DNA of 64,000 nucleotides. Source: Spirochaetia bacterium (GTDB taxonomy: Bacteria; Spirochaetota; Spirochaetia; SZUA-6; Bin103). Position numbers and translations under genes: made by a program. Below, in pieces: positions 38,548-49,140 of this stretch (position 1 is its first letter; each line of letters opens with the position of its first letter). Under the pieces are notes generated by a model. It ran no database searches, was not told the DNA's origin, and was given only the letters and a program-made list of their open reading frames with translations. The stretch spans positions 6,688,001 to 6,752,000 of the forward strand of contig CBDBDQ010000005.1 in the NCBI GenBank assembly GCA_965203905.1, in the 5' to 3' direction.

Positions 38548-38632
38548 CGTTCAGTGCGCCTCCCCAAAACACTGCGGTGATGTGAATCGGGACTGCCATT
38601 CGACCTGCGCCACGTTCTCTCTCCTGACCACC

Positions 38633-41600
38633 TTAGTCCGCCCCAAGGTCTTGCAGAGAAGGCCTCCACCCGGATTCAATTTTCGTGCACAACGCCACGA
38701 TGCTATTGAGATCACACTCCAAGTCTGGCTGCAGACCAGCCTCCAGGTAGCGGAGTGCGTTCGCTTTAATCACATGGAGACGCTGCGTCACGTCAGAGTC
38801 ACCGGCGAGTCGAATTTGCGCCAGCGCGGACCACGGCTGCGTCGGGACGGGATCCGGTTGATTCTCCGTGGCCGCTACGCGAAAGTAAGATTCAGCATCC
38901 GTGAAATTACCTTTAGCTTCCATAATGGTCCCGGCGACATAAAGAGTCATTGCGTCCGACCTCCGCAAGGGTTTTCCAAGGTGAAGATTCGGCGGGTACT
39001 CCAGAGCCTTTTTGACTGCACTACAGGCTTCGTCGTAGTTGCCTGCGAGCGCCTCCTGCACTGCTCTTTTACGATGCAGCCGCGACCACAGGTTGCGAAG
39101 ATCCTGCGACAGCTCGTAAGGATGGAACTCCATTGTGGCCAATAGCTGTTCAGCAAGATCATAGTCCCCTAAATCCACACAGAGCCTTGCTAATGTTTCC
39201 CGTGCTTCTTCGTTTCCCAGTACTTCGTCGGTGGCAGACTTGAATCGTGATAACCACGCGCGGTCTCGCTTTCCGCTCACCTCGAGTGCTCTGTCAAGCT
39301 GAATCCAAGCCGATGGATTGGGAGGACCGACCGAAACCGCTATTCCTAATTCCTTGACTGCTTCGTCCACATTTCCTCTCTCAAGATACACTATTCCAAG
39401 AGTGGTACGAAACAGAGAGTTCTCTGGATCAATCCTGCATGCCACTGAGAGATTAACGATAGCGTCGTCCAGTTGCCCAATCTCGGCCGACAAGCAGCCC
39501 AAACCGAAACATGCCACGGGATCATCACTATTAGCGATAAGCGAAAACTCAAGTGCTCTTTTCATCTGCCGGCCCCAAGCAAAGAAGCTGACATCGGGGG
39601 TGCCTGGAACATCGTATCCCATCCAATTCATGAGATAGTATGCCTGCGACGCCCCAGTCTCTGAAGTTACTCGCTGCAGCACCTGTATGGCTTCTTCCTT
39701 GGCTCCACACTCGTTATACCATAGTGCCACCTGAATGGCATCCGCGTCCTCCGTTTCACTGTCCGAGCGCACATGTAGATCTGTCCCGGGCTTACCTGCG
39801 AGATACATCTCCCACTCTGCTTGCACACTCACACCATGCTCGTCTTGTAACGCCTCACAAGCTACCGTCCAGGCTCTCATGTCTCCCCGAATCCGACTGT
39901 CTAAGGCCCGAAGAAACAAGAAAGTAGCGTTAGCCGGCTCCCGCTCCAGGCCGTAGTCCACAAGCATTCTGGCTTTGCTATGCTTGTCGCCTCTCAGTGC
40001 CTCGAGAGCCAGTTGCACTAGCGCTGGAACCACGTAGTCCACGCCAGTGGCGGCCGTTACGCAGAAGTCGGCGACCGCTTGAGCAGTGTCTCCGCTCCAC
40101 AGCGACGCAAGTCCGTGGAGATACAAAGCTTCATCATTTTGCGGATCTCTTTCAAGTGCTAAGGAGAGCTCCTTGAGAGCATCGCCATAGTCTTCAGTAA
40201 AAATACTTAGTAATCCCAACTGCAAGTGAACTTTCGAAAACCCAGAATCTTTTTCGAGCGCCATCCGGTAGCAGTGTCTCGCCAAGTCTTGTCTCTGCAT
40301 ACGTTGCCAATAGCAGCCTTTCAGATACAGTTGTTCGGCACTCATTTCTTTTGTAGGTTCAAATGAGTCGTACAAGCGGGGAGCACTTTTCGCCAACGGT
40401 GCACCATGCTTTGACCAGAAAAAAACGGTGTCATCTGCACCATAGACCGCTATTTCGTGGATCCTTTCCTTTGGCATCGTAAGCCGTACCTTGCAAGGCT
40501 CGCTGGGATCAAGGTCAAACCTCCCCGCAACTACCTGGTTGATTCTAAGACAACATCCATCTACAGCGGTGGTTGGAGAGATCCTCAGGTAGGTATCTCG
40601 TCCGTCCTCTTCAATGTCTATTGCGCCGTACATTGAAGCCGATCGGACATTTGACATGCTAGAGAACGGCATCCACCACTCTCGATGCGACAAAGTAGAA
40701 TAAGGACGCAGTACGCCTCGGTCCATCTGGGTCTGCGGGCGACCGCTTTGAATCTCCGCGACGGGCAGCGCAATATCAGCACCGATTCGGCCCCATAGTA
40801 GACCTTCTTCGCTGTTTCCCCAGGACCACAGCTTCTGTCCCTGGACCTTCCAGGGTGGCGCCCACCGAACAACGCCAAACCGCCAATCTTCGTAGCATAC
40901 GCCAAACCATCCAGCGACATTAGATGGACTGAACAGCCCTATCGGCTCGGGTATTTCCCGATAACGGCTATAATCGACGCCATGCATCAGCGGATAACCA
41001 TATTTTGTTGCGGTCTCCAGAAATGGCCCTTCATAATGACCAATCATTTGTTCGGTAGGAAAAGCGAATCGCAAAGTATCATGTGGCGTAATACCCGCAT
41101 TGATCCAACACATCCACGGCTGCGATAGCGGTGTCTGATTACTCATGAATTGATCAAGGATTACTCCACGATAGTCGTGTACCAATGTAATTCCAGCAGC
41201 TATGCTAGTTCCGGATCTCCGATCGATATGGTGAAAGAGAGCTTGCACGCCTTCGTTTGTCTTCTTGAGGTAGAGGGGCACCCGGCTCCAAGTTGCCACG
41301 CTATGTCCTATGGGAAAATTCCACTCAACACCTCCTGCGACATAGGCACCGCGAATGGCATTGTGTGCAGGCTTCATAACCTTCGGACAAAAAAACAGAT
41401 CTCTGCCGGTTATGCGATCAACCGCCTTGTATAGATGCATCCCCCAGTCCGGGAGTATGGTAATCTCCATCAGGCCGGAGCTCAACACAATCGCATCGTA
41501 CAGTCTTTCTTCTATCCTCGTAGTAAATGATTTCTGCCACTCATACGGGTATATGGAGCGAACTCCTCTACCAAAAAGCGGTGGGTTTAAATCCCGCGGC

Positions 41601-41680
41601 CCCAGGGCATAGGTTGGAATCGTAACTTGTCTGAAGTGCACATCAATGCCTAAATGAGAAAATGAATGCATTGCTAGCAT
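38633..41680 (-). CDS. DUF5107 domain + TPR repeat protein
   Basis: IPTYALGP.D.NP, IYPY, GGVEWNFP.GH, KLWSWG, EIQSG; C-terminal TPR-like helices. Confidence 0.8.
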   Translation of the reverse strand: MLAMHSFSHLGIDVHFRQVTIPTYALGPRDLNPPLFGRGVRSIYPYEWQKSFTTRIEERLYDAIVLSSGLMEITILPDWGMHLYKAVDRITGRDLFFCPKVMKPAHNAIRGAYVAGGVEWNFPIGHSVATWSRVPLYLKKTNEGVQALFHHIDRRSGTSIAAGITLVHDYRGVILDQFMSNQTPLSQPWMCWINAGITPHDTLRFAFPTEQMIGHYEGPFLETATKYGYPLMHGVDYSRYREIPEPIGLFSPSNVAGWFGVCYEDWRFGVVRWAPPWKVQGQKLWSWGNSEEGLLWGRIGADIALPVAEIQSGRPQTQMDRGVLRPYSTLSHREWWMPFSSMSNVRSASMYGAIDIEEDGRDTYLRISPTTAVDGCCLRINQVVAGRFDLDPSEPCKVRLTMPKERIHEIAVYGADDTVFFWSKHGAPLAKSAPRLYDSFEPTKEMSAEQLYLKGCYWQRMQRQDLARHCYRMALEKDSGFSKVHLQLGLLSIFTEDYGDALKELSLALERDPQNDEALYLHGLASLWSGDTAQAVADFCVTAATGVDYVVPALVQLALEALRGDKHSKARMLVDYGLEREPANATFLFLRALDSRIRGDMRAWTVACEALQDEHGVSVQAEWEMYLAGKPGTDLHVRSDSETEDADAIQVALWYNECGAKEEAIQVLQRVTSETGASQAYYLMNWMGYDVPGTPDVSFFAWGRQMKRALEFSLIANSDDPVACFGLGCLSAEIGQLDDAIVNLSVACRIDPENSLFRTTLGIVYLERGNVDEAVKELGIAVSVGPPNPSAWIQLDRALEVSGKRDRAWLSRFKSATDEVLGNEEARETLARLCVDLGDYDLAEQLLATMEFHPYELSQDLRNLWSRLHRKRAVQEALAGNYDEACSAVKKALEYPPNLHLGKPLRRSDAMTLYVAGTIMEAKGNFTDAESYFRVAATENQPDPVPTQPWSALAQIRLAGDSDVTQRLHVIKANALRYLEAGLQPDLECDLNSIVALCTKIESGWRPSLQDLGAD

Positions 41681-41805
41681 ATCCCATCAACCACGGTAAG
41701 CACTCCGATCTCGAACTCGATCATATAGTGGATTGAGGGCCACCTGATGGATGGCCCACAATCCTCGTTATCTATGGCCACCAAAGCACTCGCATGGCCA
41801 TGGAC

Positions 41806-43773
41806 CTACTCCATCCTTCTTTCTTCGGTCTTCCAGTACCACTGCCAGATTCTGCCACCTTCCTCAGGGTATAGCGACTGTTTTGTACGCCCCCAGACGT
41901 TGCCAAGATCCTTGTGAATTGCCCAACTCCACGGCGGAACTGCGAAGCCCATTTGAAGCATTTCCTGGGCCACAATGGTTCGGTACTCGTTACGCGCGGA
42001 CGCGGCCTCGGCCTCGTCAGTGGTAGCTTGAATGAGATCATAAAGCTCGAATAGTCTGCGATGTAACCCCGCGGGCTCTTCGCCCGGCCTATCAGCAGCT
42101 GGCTTGTCTCTGTTTTGCCACCATTGCCACTGAGCGTTACCCATTCGTGGAGGATTCAACGAAAGCCTGGTGAACTCACTATCGAATCGTCCACTCCACG
42201 GCCACATATAGATTCCGTAGCCTTCTTCGCTATCCATCATAGCAGCTCGCAGTCTGTGCTCTACCGGTTTCGCCAGACTGCGAATACCTATCTCTCTCCA
42301 ATTCTGCGTGGCTATCTCTGCGATCTCATCGGTGCCCATTCCCCATCCTGATACGTACATTAGAATAAGGGTAAACTTATCACCGTTAGGAAGCAGCCTG
42401 TACCCTTCATTGTCCGTCTTGTCCAGGCCTATCTCATCAAGCATATCCTGTGCACGGGACGGTTCATATTCTATCCACTTTCCGTCGATCTCCGGGTCAT
42501 AGACTCCTGGGCCACTGAAGCCGTGGGAGACCATCCCGAGACCTAACAGTGCTGTCTCATTGATGAGATCTCTATCCACGGCAATCGATAGTGCGCGACG
42601 GAAATTGACGTTCCGCAGGATCGCCCGCTCCTCAGGATCAGGATGGTTAACATTGAAAATAAGCGGGCTTATGGATCCGTTGGGGGCGAAGTATGACACC
42701 AGCTCTAGCCCGGTCTCATCGGTGGATTCAGCAATAAGAGGATAGTCGGGTACCGATATGCCCCTGCCAAAAACATCGACCTCGCCAGCCAATGCTTTTA
42801 CTTTCTGCAAGTTGGCAGATGCTCCTGTCAGCATTTGGATATCAAGATAGTCTATATAAGGAAGCTGGTTGCCAGCTTTGTCGACCATCCAGAAATAAGG
42901 ATTACGCTCCATCCGCGCAAATGTTTCCTTTTCGTATGCTACTATCTTCCACGGTGTCAGTACGGGATGGTCATAATCCTCATAGAACCGCGGATAGATG
43001 ATCTTGTCAGTTAACTTAAGAAACTGCTCTTTGGGATCTACACCGTCTTGCGGACTATAATCTGGATGAAATTGCTTCAGGTAGTGGGCAGGTGCGCGGA
43101 ACATCGCGCTGACTTCACCACCAGCAAATCCGCGCGAACGAAAGAGCAGCTTGGGATTCGGCTTTGCCATTACAATGCGCACTGTGTAGTCATCAAGCAT
43201 GACTATGTTATCGTTGCTTGGATTCAACCCACCCGGTGTACCCAGAGGTTCCGTAATGTAACTTGATCTAACCAGATCATTCCACCAGAACATGATGTCA
43301 TTGGCCGTAAAAGGCTCGCCGTCTGACCACTTTATCCCCTCACGGAGATAGAATGTAACGGTCCTGAAATCCGACGAAAACTCCCACTCCTTGGCAAGCA
43401 AAGGTACAAATCCATCGAATTCAAGTTTCGTGAGGCCCATCTGCAAGTACTCGTTTAACATCAGCGGGTAGCGCTCGTGAGCCAACCGAAGTGCGCCTCC
43501 GTACTCTCCAATCCCCTCCTCGTATGCCTCGATCTCTGCAGGCGGCCACACCAAGGGCTCTGTCGGTAGCCGCTCGTCCACCGGCGGCAACTTGCCAGAC
43601 TCCACCAGTTCACCTAACATAGGTGCTTCATTAAACCTGCCCTGCGCCACTTCCACGACTACATTATCTGCACCTTCTGCTGATTCCTCTTCACCAGCAG
43701 GTCTGGCGACTAGCACGGTCCCGCTAACAAACAGCGCGACCAGAGTGATAAGCAATTTCATAACTTGTTTCAT
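41806..43773 (-). CDS. ABC substrate-binding protein, family 5
   Basis: Signal peptide, EAPML.ELV..GKLPPVDERLP, LREGIKWSDGEPFTA, RNPYFW.VD..GNQLPYID. Confidence 0.92.
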   Translation of the reverse strand: MKQVMKLLITLVALFVSGTVLVARPAGEEESAEGADNVVVEVAQGRFNEAPMLGELVESGKLPPVDERLPTEPLVWPPAEIEAYEEGIGEYGGALRLAHERYPLMLNEYLQMGLTKLEFDGFVPLLAKEWEFSSDFRTVTFYLREGIKWSDGEPFTANDIMFWWNDLVRSSYITEPLGTPGGLNPSNDNIVMLDDYTVRIVMAKPNPKLLFRSRGFAGGEVSAMFRAPAHYLKQFHPDYSPQDGVDPKEQFLKLTDKIIYPRFYEDYDHPVLTPWKIVAYEKETFARMERNPYFWMVDKAGNQLPYIDYLDIQMLTGASANLQKVKALAGEVDVFGRGISVPDYPLIAESTDETGLELVSYFAPNGSISPLIFNVNHPDPEERAILRNVNFRRALSIAVDRDLINETALLGLGMVSHGFSGPGVYDPEIDGKWIEYEPSRAQDMLDEIGLDKTDNEGYRLLPNGDKFTLILMYVSGWGMGTDEIAEIATQNWREIGIRSLAKPVEHRLRAAMMDSEEGYGIYMWPWSGRFDSEFTRLSLNPPRMGNAQWQWWQNRDKPAADRPGEEPAGLHRRLFELYDLIQATTDEAEAASARNEYRTIVAQEMLQMGFAVPPWSWAIHKDLGNVWGRTKQSLYPEEGGRIWQWYWKTEERRME

Positions 43774-43846
43774 TACGTAAACCCTCCATCGTAATGACGT
43801 TCTCGGAACACAACACTAACCCACTATCCAAACCACATTCGACTGT

Positions 43847-44893
43847 TCACCCCCTACCCGACACCGTCCCGGTGTCCGAAATCCCGCCTAGCGTAAGATG
43901 TTCTGCCAAGTGACACGCAGATAAATGATCCCGAACAACAGTGCTCTGCTTCAGGCTCGGCTCTTGCTGAACACACAGCTCTTCCCCGTACGCGCACCTT
44001 GAATTGAATCTGCACCCCGAAAGATCTGCCCCTGGGTCACCCACGACGCCCTTGAGTGACCTCCGACTTCGATTCGCATGCGGATCCGGAATAGGAATCG
44101 CAGACAAAAGAGCCTCGGTATAAGGATGCTGCGGGCTCGAACAAACATCCAGCGCTCTGCCCACTTCCACGATCTTCCCCAAGTACATGACGGCAACAAA
44201 GTCGCTGACATGCCGAACCACCCCCAAATCATGTGAAATAAACAAGTAAGTAAGCCCGTGTATTCTCTGAAGTTCCATAAGCAGATTGAGGATCTGCGAT
44301 TGGATAGACACGTCCAGAGCCGAAGTCGGCTCATCACATACGACAAAGCTCGGACTAAGCGCCAATGCCCTCGCTATGGCGATCCGCTGACGCTGCCCGC
44401 CGCTAAACGAATGAGGGAATCTATTCATTACATCGGGCTTCAATCTTACGCTCTCAAGTAACCGAGCAACCCTATCATCGAGTTCCTTGCCCCTTGCCTC
44501 TCTATGCAGCACAATAGGCTCCGCGACGATATTTCTTATGTTCATACGCGGGTTCAGCGACGAATATGGATCTTGATAGATCATATTCATATCGCGTCTA
44601 GCGTATCTCAACTCACGCTTAGTAAGCTCCACCAGTTGCAGGATCGCACCATCATATTCATACTCGATCGTGCCTGCCGTAGGCTCGATCAGCCGCACCA
44701 TGACTCTCCCTAAAGTGGTCTTCCCACAACCACTTTCACCCACAATACCAAGCGTCTGTCCCTTATCGATTTCTAGATCCACGCCGTCTACCGCCGCTAT
44801 TTGTGTACCTGACTCTACGGCGAAAGTTCTAGCCACAGGAAACCATTTCTTTAAGTCCGTGGTCCTGATTTTTACGTCCCTAGGCGTATCCAT
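43847..44893 (-). CDS. Oligopeptide/dipeptide ABC ATPase (DppF/OppF-like)
   Basis: GESGCGKT, FSGGQRQR, CDEPTSALD, HPYT. Confidence 0.93.
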   Translation of the reverse strand: MDTPRDVKIRTTDLKKWFPVARTFAVESGTQIAAVDGVDLEIDKGQTLGIVGESGCGKTTLGRVMVRLIEPTAGTIEYEYDGAILQLVELTKRELRYARRDMNMIYQDPYSSLNPRMNIRNIVAEPIVLHREARGKELDDRVARLLESVRLKPDVMNRFPHSFSGGQRQRIAIARALALSPSFVVCDEPTSALDVSIQSQILNLLMELQRIHGLTYLFISHDLGVVRHVSDFVAVMYLGKIVEVGRALDVCSSPQHPYTEALLSAIPIPDPHANRSRRSLKGVVGDPGADLSGCRFNSRCAYGEELCVQQEPSLKQSTVVRDHLSACHLAEHLTLGGISDTGTVSGRG

Positions 44894-44899
44894 ACAATC

Positions 44900-45994
44900 T
44901 CAAGCAAACAGCCAACATCGTACCTGATGTCCAGAGTCTATCTCAATTCGTGGTGGCAACCGCTCTCTGCATATTCCCATCACTTTGTCGCAGCGTTCCG
45001 AAAACGGACAACTGCTCGGCACTTCGCCTAGTTCTGGCACGATTCCGCTGAGAGACTTCAACTCTGTCTTAGGGGTACTAATCAGACTCGGCATTGATTC
45101 CAAGAGTCCACTAGTATATGGATGTCGTGGATAAGCAAACAAGCTCTTTACGTCAGCGTATTCTGCGACGGTACCGAGATACATTACTAGTACGTTTCTG
45201 GCCATCTCGGCGACTATTCCCAAGCTATGTGTAATTAAGACAATCGCCATTCCTGTTTCAGTCTGGAGATACTTTAGGAGCTCTAGTATCTGAGCTTGAA
45301 TTGTCACATCCAATGCGGTGGTAGGCTCGTCCGCTAACAGAAGTTGAGGACGACATACGATGGCTATTGCAATCATCGCCCTTTGCCTCATGCCACCGCT
45401 CAATTGCCCGGGATATTTTTTTGCCATGTCTTCGGGGTCGGGTAACCCAACTTGTTCAAGGATCTGTACAGCCCGTTGTTGAGCCTCTTTTTTGGACAAC
45501 TTGCTGTGCTCCAGCAAGCCTTCCGTTATCTGGTTGCCAATTGAAAACATGGGGTGAAGGGATCGCATTGGCTCCTGGAAAATCATAGCTACTTCTTTTC
45601 CCCTAATTTTCCTCATTTTTCTTCCATTTGGAGGCAATTTGGTCACATCAACCAATTCGCCGTCATGACTAACCAATATGCTCCCTTGATCGATGCTGCC
45701 AGGGGGCAGTGGGACAAGTCCGAGAGTGGCAAGAGCGGTCACGCTCTTGCCACAACCGCTCTCGCCCACAATTCCCAGGATTTCGTTCCGTCTCACGCTG
45801 AAGCTCACTCCATTTACTGCATGGACTCTCCCAACCGCATGCCTAAAGGATACATGCAGATCCTGAACATCTAAGACTATGTCACTGTCTGTCTGCTTTT
45901 TCTTGGCAGAGGTTTCGCTTTCGTTACTCAATTGACAGTCTACCAATACAGGCCTGGCGCGTGCGATATTCAAAGAGCTCGAACTTCCAGGCAA
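44900..45994 (-). CDS. Oligopeptide/dipeptide ABC ATPase (DppD/OppD-like); start uncertain
   Basis: GESGCGKS, LSGGMRQR, ADEPTTALD, HPYT. Confidence 0.92.
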   Translation of the reverse strand: MPGSSSSLNIARARPVLVDCQLSNESETSAKKKQTDSDIVLDVQDLHVSFRHAVGRVHAVNGVSFSVRRNEILGIVGESGCGKSVTALATLGLVPLPPGSIDQGSILVSHDGELVDVTKLPPNGRKMRKIRGKEVAMIFQEPMRSLHPMFSIGNQITEGLLEHSKLSKKEAQQRAVQILEQVGLPDPEDMAKKYPGQLSGGMRQRAMIAIAIVCRPQLLLADEPTTALDVTIQAQILELLKYLQTETGMAIVLITHSLGIVAEMARNVLVMYLGTVAEYADVKSLFAYPRHPYTSGLLESMPSLISTPKTELKSLSGIVPELGEVPSSCPFSERCDKVMGICRERLPPRIEIDSGHQVRCWLFA

Positions 45995-46860
45995 AGTGTG
46001 TTGAGTCGAGATCCATTGGTAGTGTTAACACTCAGCGCCGGCCGGCAACTCGGCGCTGGGTCTTTTCGGGAGCCAGTCGTGGGCGGGATCCGGTATGTTT
46101 GCGTGCGCTGGAAAGGCCGCGGCTAGGTCCGCCTGCCGGCTCGGCAATGCCGCTACGGCGACGCCTGGGGTCTGCGCGCACACGGCGCGCTCAGTCCTGG
46201 CGGTCGGTGGCGCGACGAGTCTATGAAAGAATGGGTAGAGAGGAGGATGCACCGGCTGCGTCAACGAGAACCGGTCACTGCGCGGACGGCCGTCATGGGG
46301 CGTTTTCAGCATCCGTCGAACCCCGAGTAGAGTACTATCGCACGCACGCGGCATACCGTCAACCGCTCGATGCCGCAATGCCGCAGCGCCGCAGCGTACA
46401 AGAGCAATTACAACTTCGTTGGTGACGGACTCCGTGGTGCCGCCGCTCCGTACAAGTGAGGTTAATCAGATGTATCCGTTGCTGTCGGTCTTCCGGTGGT
46501 ATGTCTCCATCGTCGACTCCCGCCACACTCAATTCGTCGATCGCACTCTAACGTGGTGTCACCGGGTGATCGGCGCGGACCCGCAGGGCGTGGTGAAAAT
46601 CACGAAATCGATGATGATCAGACCGTACGCGGATTGTAGTTCCAGAGCACCCGTATAGAGCGCGAAGCGATGCTTTTCGACGCGCATACGCTTGTCGGGC
46701 AGTGCTTCGACCTTCGCGTGAGAGGCATGCAGGGTTTCACGATGTCCGGTTGGGGCGGGCAACTTGCGGGTGGAATCGACGCCGAGGATTCTTCTGGTAA
46801 CCACACCACTGCGTCGCACCGGCTTGCGGCCGGCTGGTACTGGTGTCACCATGCTGGCGT

Positions 46861-47910
46861 ATGATGCCCCGCACCACCCGAGTGGCCGCCCTCGACGGCA
46901 ACGGCCGTGGCAAGCTGATCGAACGCGACGTGCCGGAGCTTGCCGCCGGACACGTGCTGGTGGAGGTGCGCGCTTCCATGATCAGCCCCGGCACCGAGCT
47001 GGGCCGGGCCAGACGGTTCCGCGGCGCGCCTGACCCCGACTTCGGGTGGCGGCCGTTCGGCTACTCCAACGCCGGCACGGTGGTGGCCGTCGGTGCCGGT
47101 GTTACCCGCCTCGGCGCCGGCGACGGGGTTGCCTGCATGGGCGCCGGGATGGCCTATCACGCGGACTACGCGGTGGTGCCGCAGAACCTGTGCACGCCGA
47201 TTCCCGCGGGGCTGGGGTTCGACCACGCCGCGTCGGTGCACCTGGCCGCCACCGCGGTCAACGCCATACGCCGCACGGTGCCGCTGTTCGGCGAGAACGG
47301 AATCGTGGCGGGGCTCGGCATCGTGGGCCAACTGTGCTGCCAGCTGTTTCAGGCGTCGGGCTGCCACGCCATGGGCATGGATCCGCTGCAGGGGAGACGC
47401 GATATCGCGCTCGCCGCCGGCGCCGCGGGGGTGGTGGACCCGGTGACCGAGGAGGTAGCCGCCGTGGCCCGGCGCTTCTCGCGCGGTCTCGGCATCGACT
47501 TCGGTGTGATCGCGTTCGGTGGCGACGCCTCGGCCGCCTTCCGGCAACTCTACCAGGCGCTGCGCGAACAGCCCGACAGCCACCACACCGGGCGCATCGT
47601 GATCGTCGGCGGCGCCCAGGTCAGCCACGGTTTCGGCGCCTCTCTCGGCAACGTCGACGTGCGCAGTGCCGCGCGCACCGGACCCGGCTACCATGACGGC
47701 GAGTGGGAGGCGGGCCGCGACTACCCGCCGGTGCTGGTGGAGTGGAGCACGCAGCGCAACCTGGCGGAGTCGCTGCGGGCGATGACCGACGGCCGCCTCC
47801 GCATCGAGCCGCTCATCACCCACCGCTTCGCCCTGGAGCGCGTGGCCGAGGCGGTGGACCTGCTGGTCGAGCGACCGGCGGAGGCGGTGGGCGTGGTGCT
47901 GCAGCCGTAG
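46861..47910 (+). CDS. Zinc-binding dehydrogenase (MDR family)
   Basis: SMISPGTE, GYSNAG, GLGIVG, LITHRF. Confidence 0.87.
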   Translation: MMPRTTRVAALDGNGRGKLIERDVPELAAGHVLVEVRASMISPGTELGRARRFRGAPDPDFGWRPFGYSNAGTVVAVGAGVTRLGAGDGVACMGAGMAYHADYAVVPQNLCTPIPAGLGFDHAASVHLAATAVNAIRRTVPLFGENGIVAGLGIVGQLCCQLFQASGCHAMGMDPLQGRRDIALAAGAAGVVDPVTEEVAAVARRFSRGLGIDFGVIAFGGDASAAFRQLYQALREQPDSHHTGRIVIVGGAQVSHGFGASLGNVDVRSAARTGPGYHDGEWEAGRDYPPVLVEWSTQRNLAESLRAMTDGRLRIEPLITHRFALERVAEAVDLLVERPAEAVGVVLQP

Positions 47911-47922
47911 CCGCCACGGGAG

Positions 47923-49113
47923 GTGAGTGACATGGAGAGCGTACCGGGCGGGACACTGTTTCCGACCATCGTCGTGGGCAGCCTGCCGCGACCGCAGTGG
48001 ATCCGGGAGCTGATCGAGGAACGGACCGCGGGAGACATCGGCCTGGCGGACGCGGACCGGTTGCTGGACGATGCGGTGCTCTCGGCGATCCGGCTGCAGG
48101 AGCGCGCGGGACTGGACTTCATCTCCGACGGCGAGTGGCGGCGCACCCACTACTGCCGGGTGTTCACCGAGGCGGTGGCCGGGTTCGTGCCGGGCCTGGT
48201 GCCGACATCCGGCGCGCGTATCGGCGAGCGGCGGGCCGCCCCTTCCGGCTCCTTCGACCCCGGCGTGGTGGCGCGCATGGAGCCCGAGCGTCCGATCGCG
48301 ACCACCGAAGCCGCGTTCCTGCGCGACCACACCGACTCCCGCATCATGGTCGCCCTGCCCTCCCCCTACACCCTGGGGCGGCGCATGTGGAGCGCCGAGC
48401 ACTCCAGCGCCGCCTATCCGACGCGGGAGGGCTTCATGAAGGCGATCGTGCCCATCATCCGTCGCGAGATCGTGGAGCTGGCGCGGCTGGGGGTGGATGC
48501 GGTGCAGTTGGACAACCCGTGGCCGGCGATAGACGTGGACCCCCGGCTCGCCGACTCCACGGCGCCGCCGGCGGCGGACTGGGCCGCCTCGCAGGAGGAG
48601 ATCGCCGCGGACCTGGAGCGCGAGGCGGAGCTGTGCGCCAAATGCATCAACGGCGCCACCGAGGGCATCGAGGGCGTGTTCCTCAACATGCACATCTGCC
48701 ACACCCGCGGCCACACCAGCCGCGCCTCCTATGACGCGATCTTCGGCGTGCTCGGACGCATGAACGTGCACCGCTACGCGCTGGAGTTCGCCACCCCGGA
48801 CGCGGGCGTCACCGAGGTGCTCGCCCACTTTCCCGAGGACAAGATCCTGGGGCTCGGCGTGATCCACCCCTTCGACGCCGCCGTGGAGCCGGTGGAGCAG
48901 GTGGTGGGGCTGGTGGAGCGGGCCATGCGGTTCGTCCCCAAGGAACGAATCAGCCTGAACTCCAACTGCGGCTTCGCCCCCGGGGCCGGCAGCGCCCGTC
49001 CCCGCGCCGGCGGCCCCAAGCCGTTCAACACCATCGTGGAACTGGACGACGCCTACCTCAAGCTGCGCGCCATGTGCCAGGCCGCCGCGGTGCTGCGCGA
49101 GCGCCACGGCTGA
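47923..49113 (+). CDS. Cobalamin-independent methionine synthase II family (single-barrel MetE-like)
   Basis: VVGSLPRP, QERAGLDFISDGEWRR, HIC, LEFA, NCGF. Confidence 0.85.
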   Translation: MSDMESVPGGTLFPTIVVGSLPRPQWIRELIEERTAGDIGLADADRLLDDAVLSAIRLQERAGLDFISDGEWRRTHYCRVFTEAVAGFVPGLVPTSGARIGERRAAPSGSFDPGVVARMEPERPIATTEAAFLRDHTDSRIMVALPSPYTLGRRMWSAEHSSAAYPTREGFMKAIVPIIRREIVELARLGVDAVQLDNPWPAIDVDPRLADSTAPPAADWAASQEEIAADLEREAELCAKCINGATEGIEGVFLNMHICHTRGHTSRASYDAIFGVLGRMNVHRYALEFATPDAGVTEVLAHFPEDKILGLGVIHPFDAAVEPVEQVVGLVERAMRFVPKERISLNSNCGFAPGAGSARPRAGGPKPFNTIVELDDAYLKLRAMCQAAAVLRERHG

Positions 49114-49140
49114 GCCGGGCCGCGGCGCAACCAGCAGCTC

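Larger units (their letters stand above)
29500..46000. mobile_element. Low-GC horizontally acquired island (ABC importer plus glycan-processing genes); no mobility gene seen
   Basis: Abrupt drop to about 50% GC with frequent AT-ending codons, versus about 68% in the flanks; edges approximate. Confidence 0.8.

Noticed and set aside
47923-49113. metE assignment
   Set aside because: Single-barrel, ~400-aa paralog in a catabolic context; methionine synthesis is not supported
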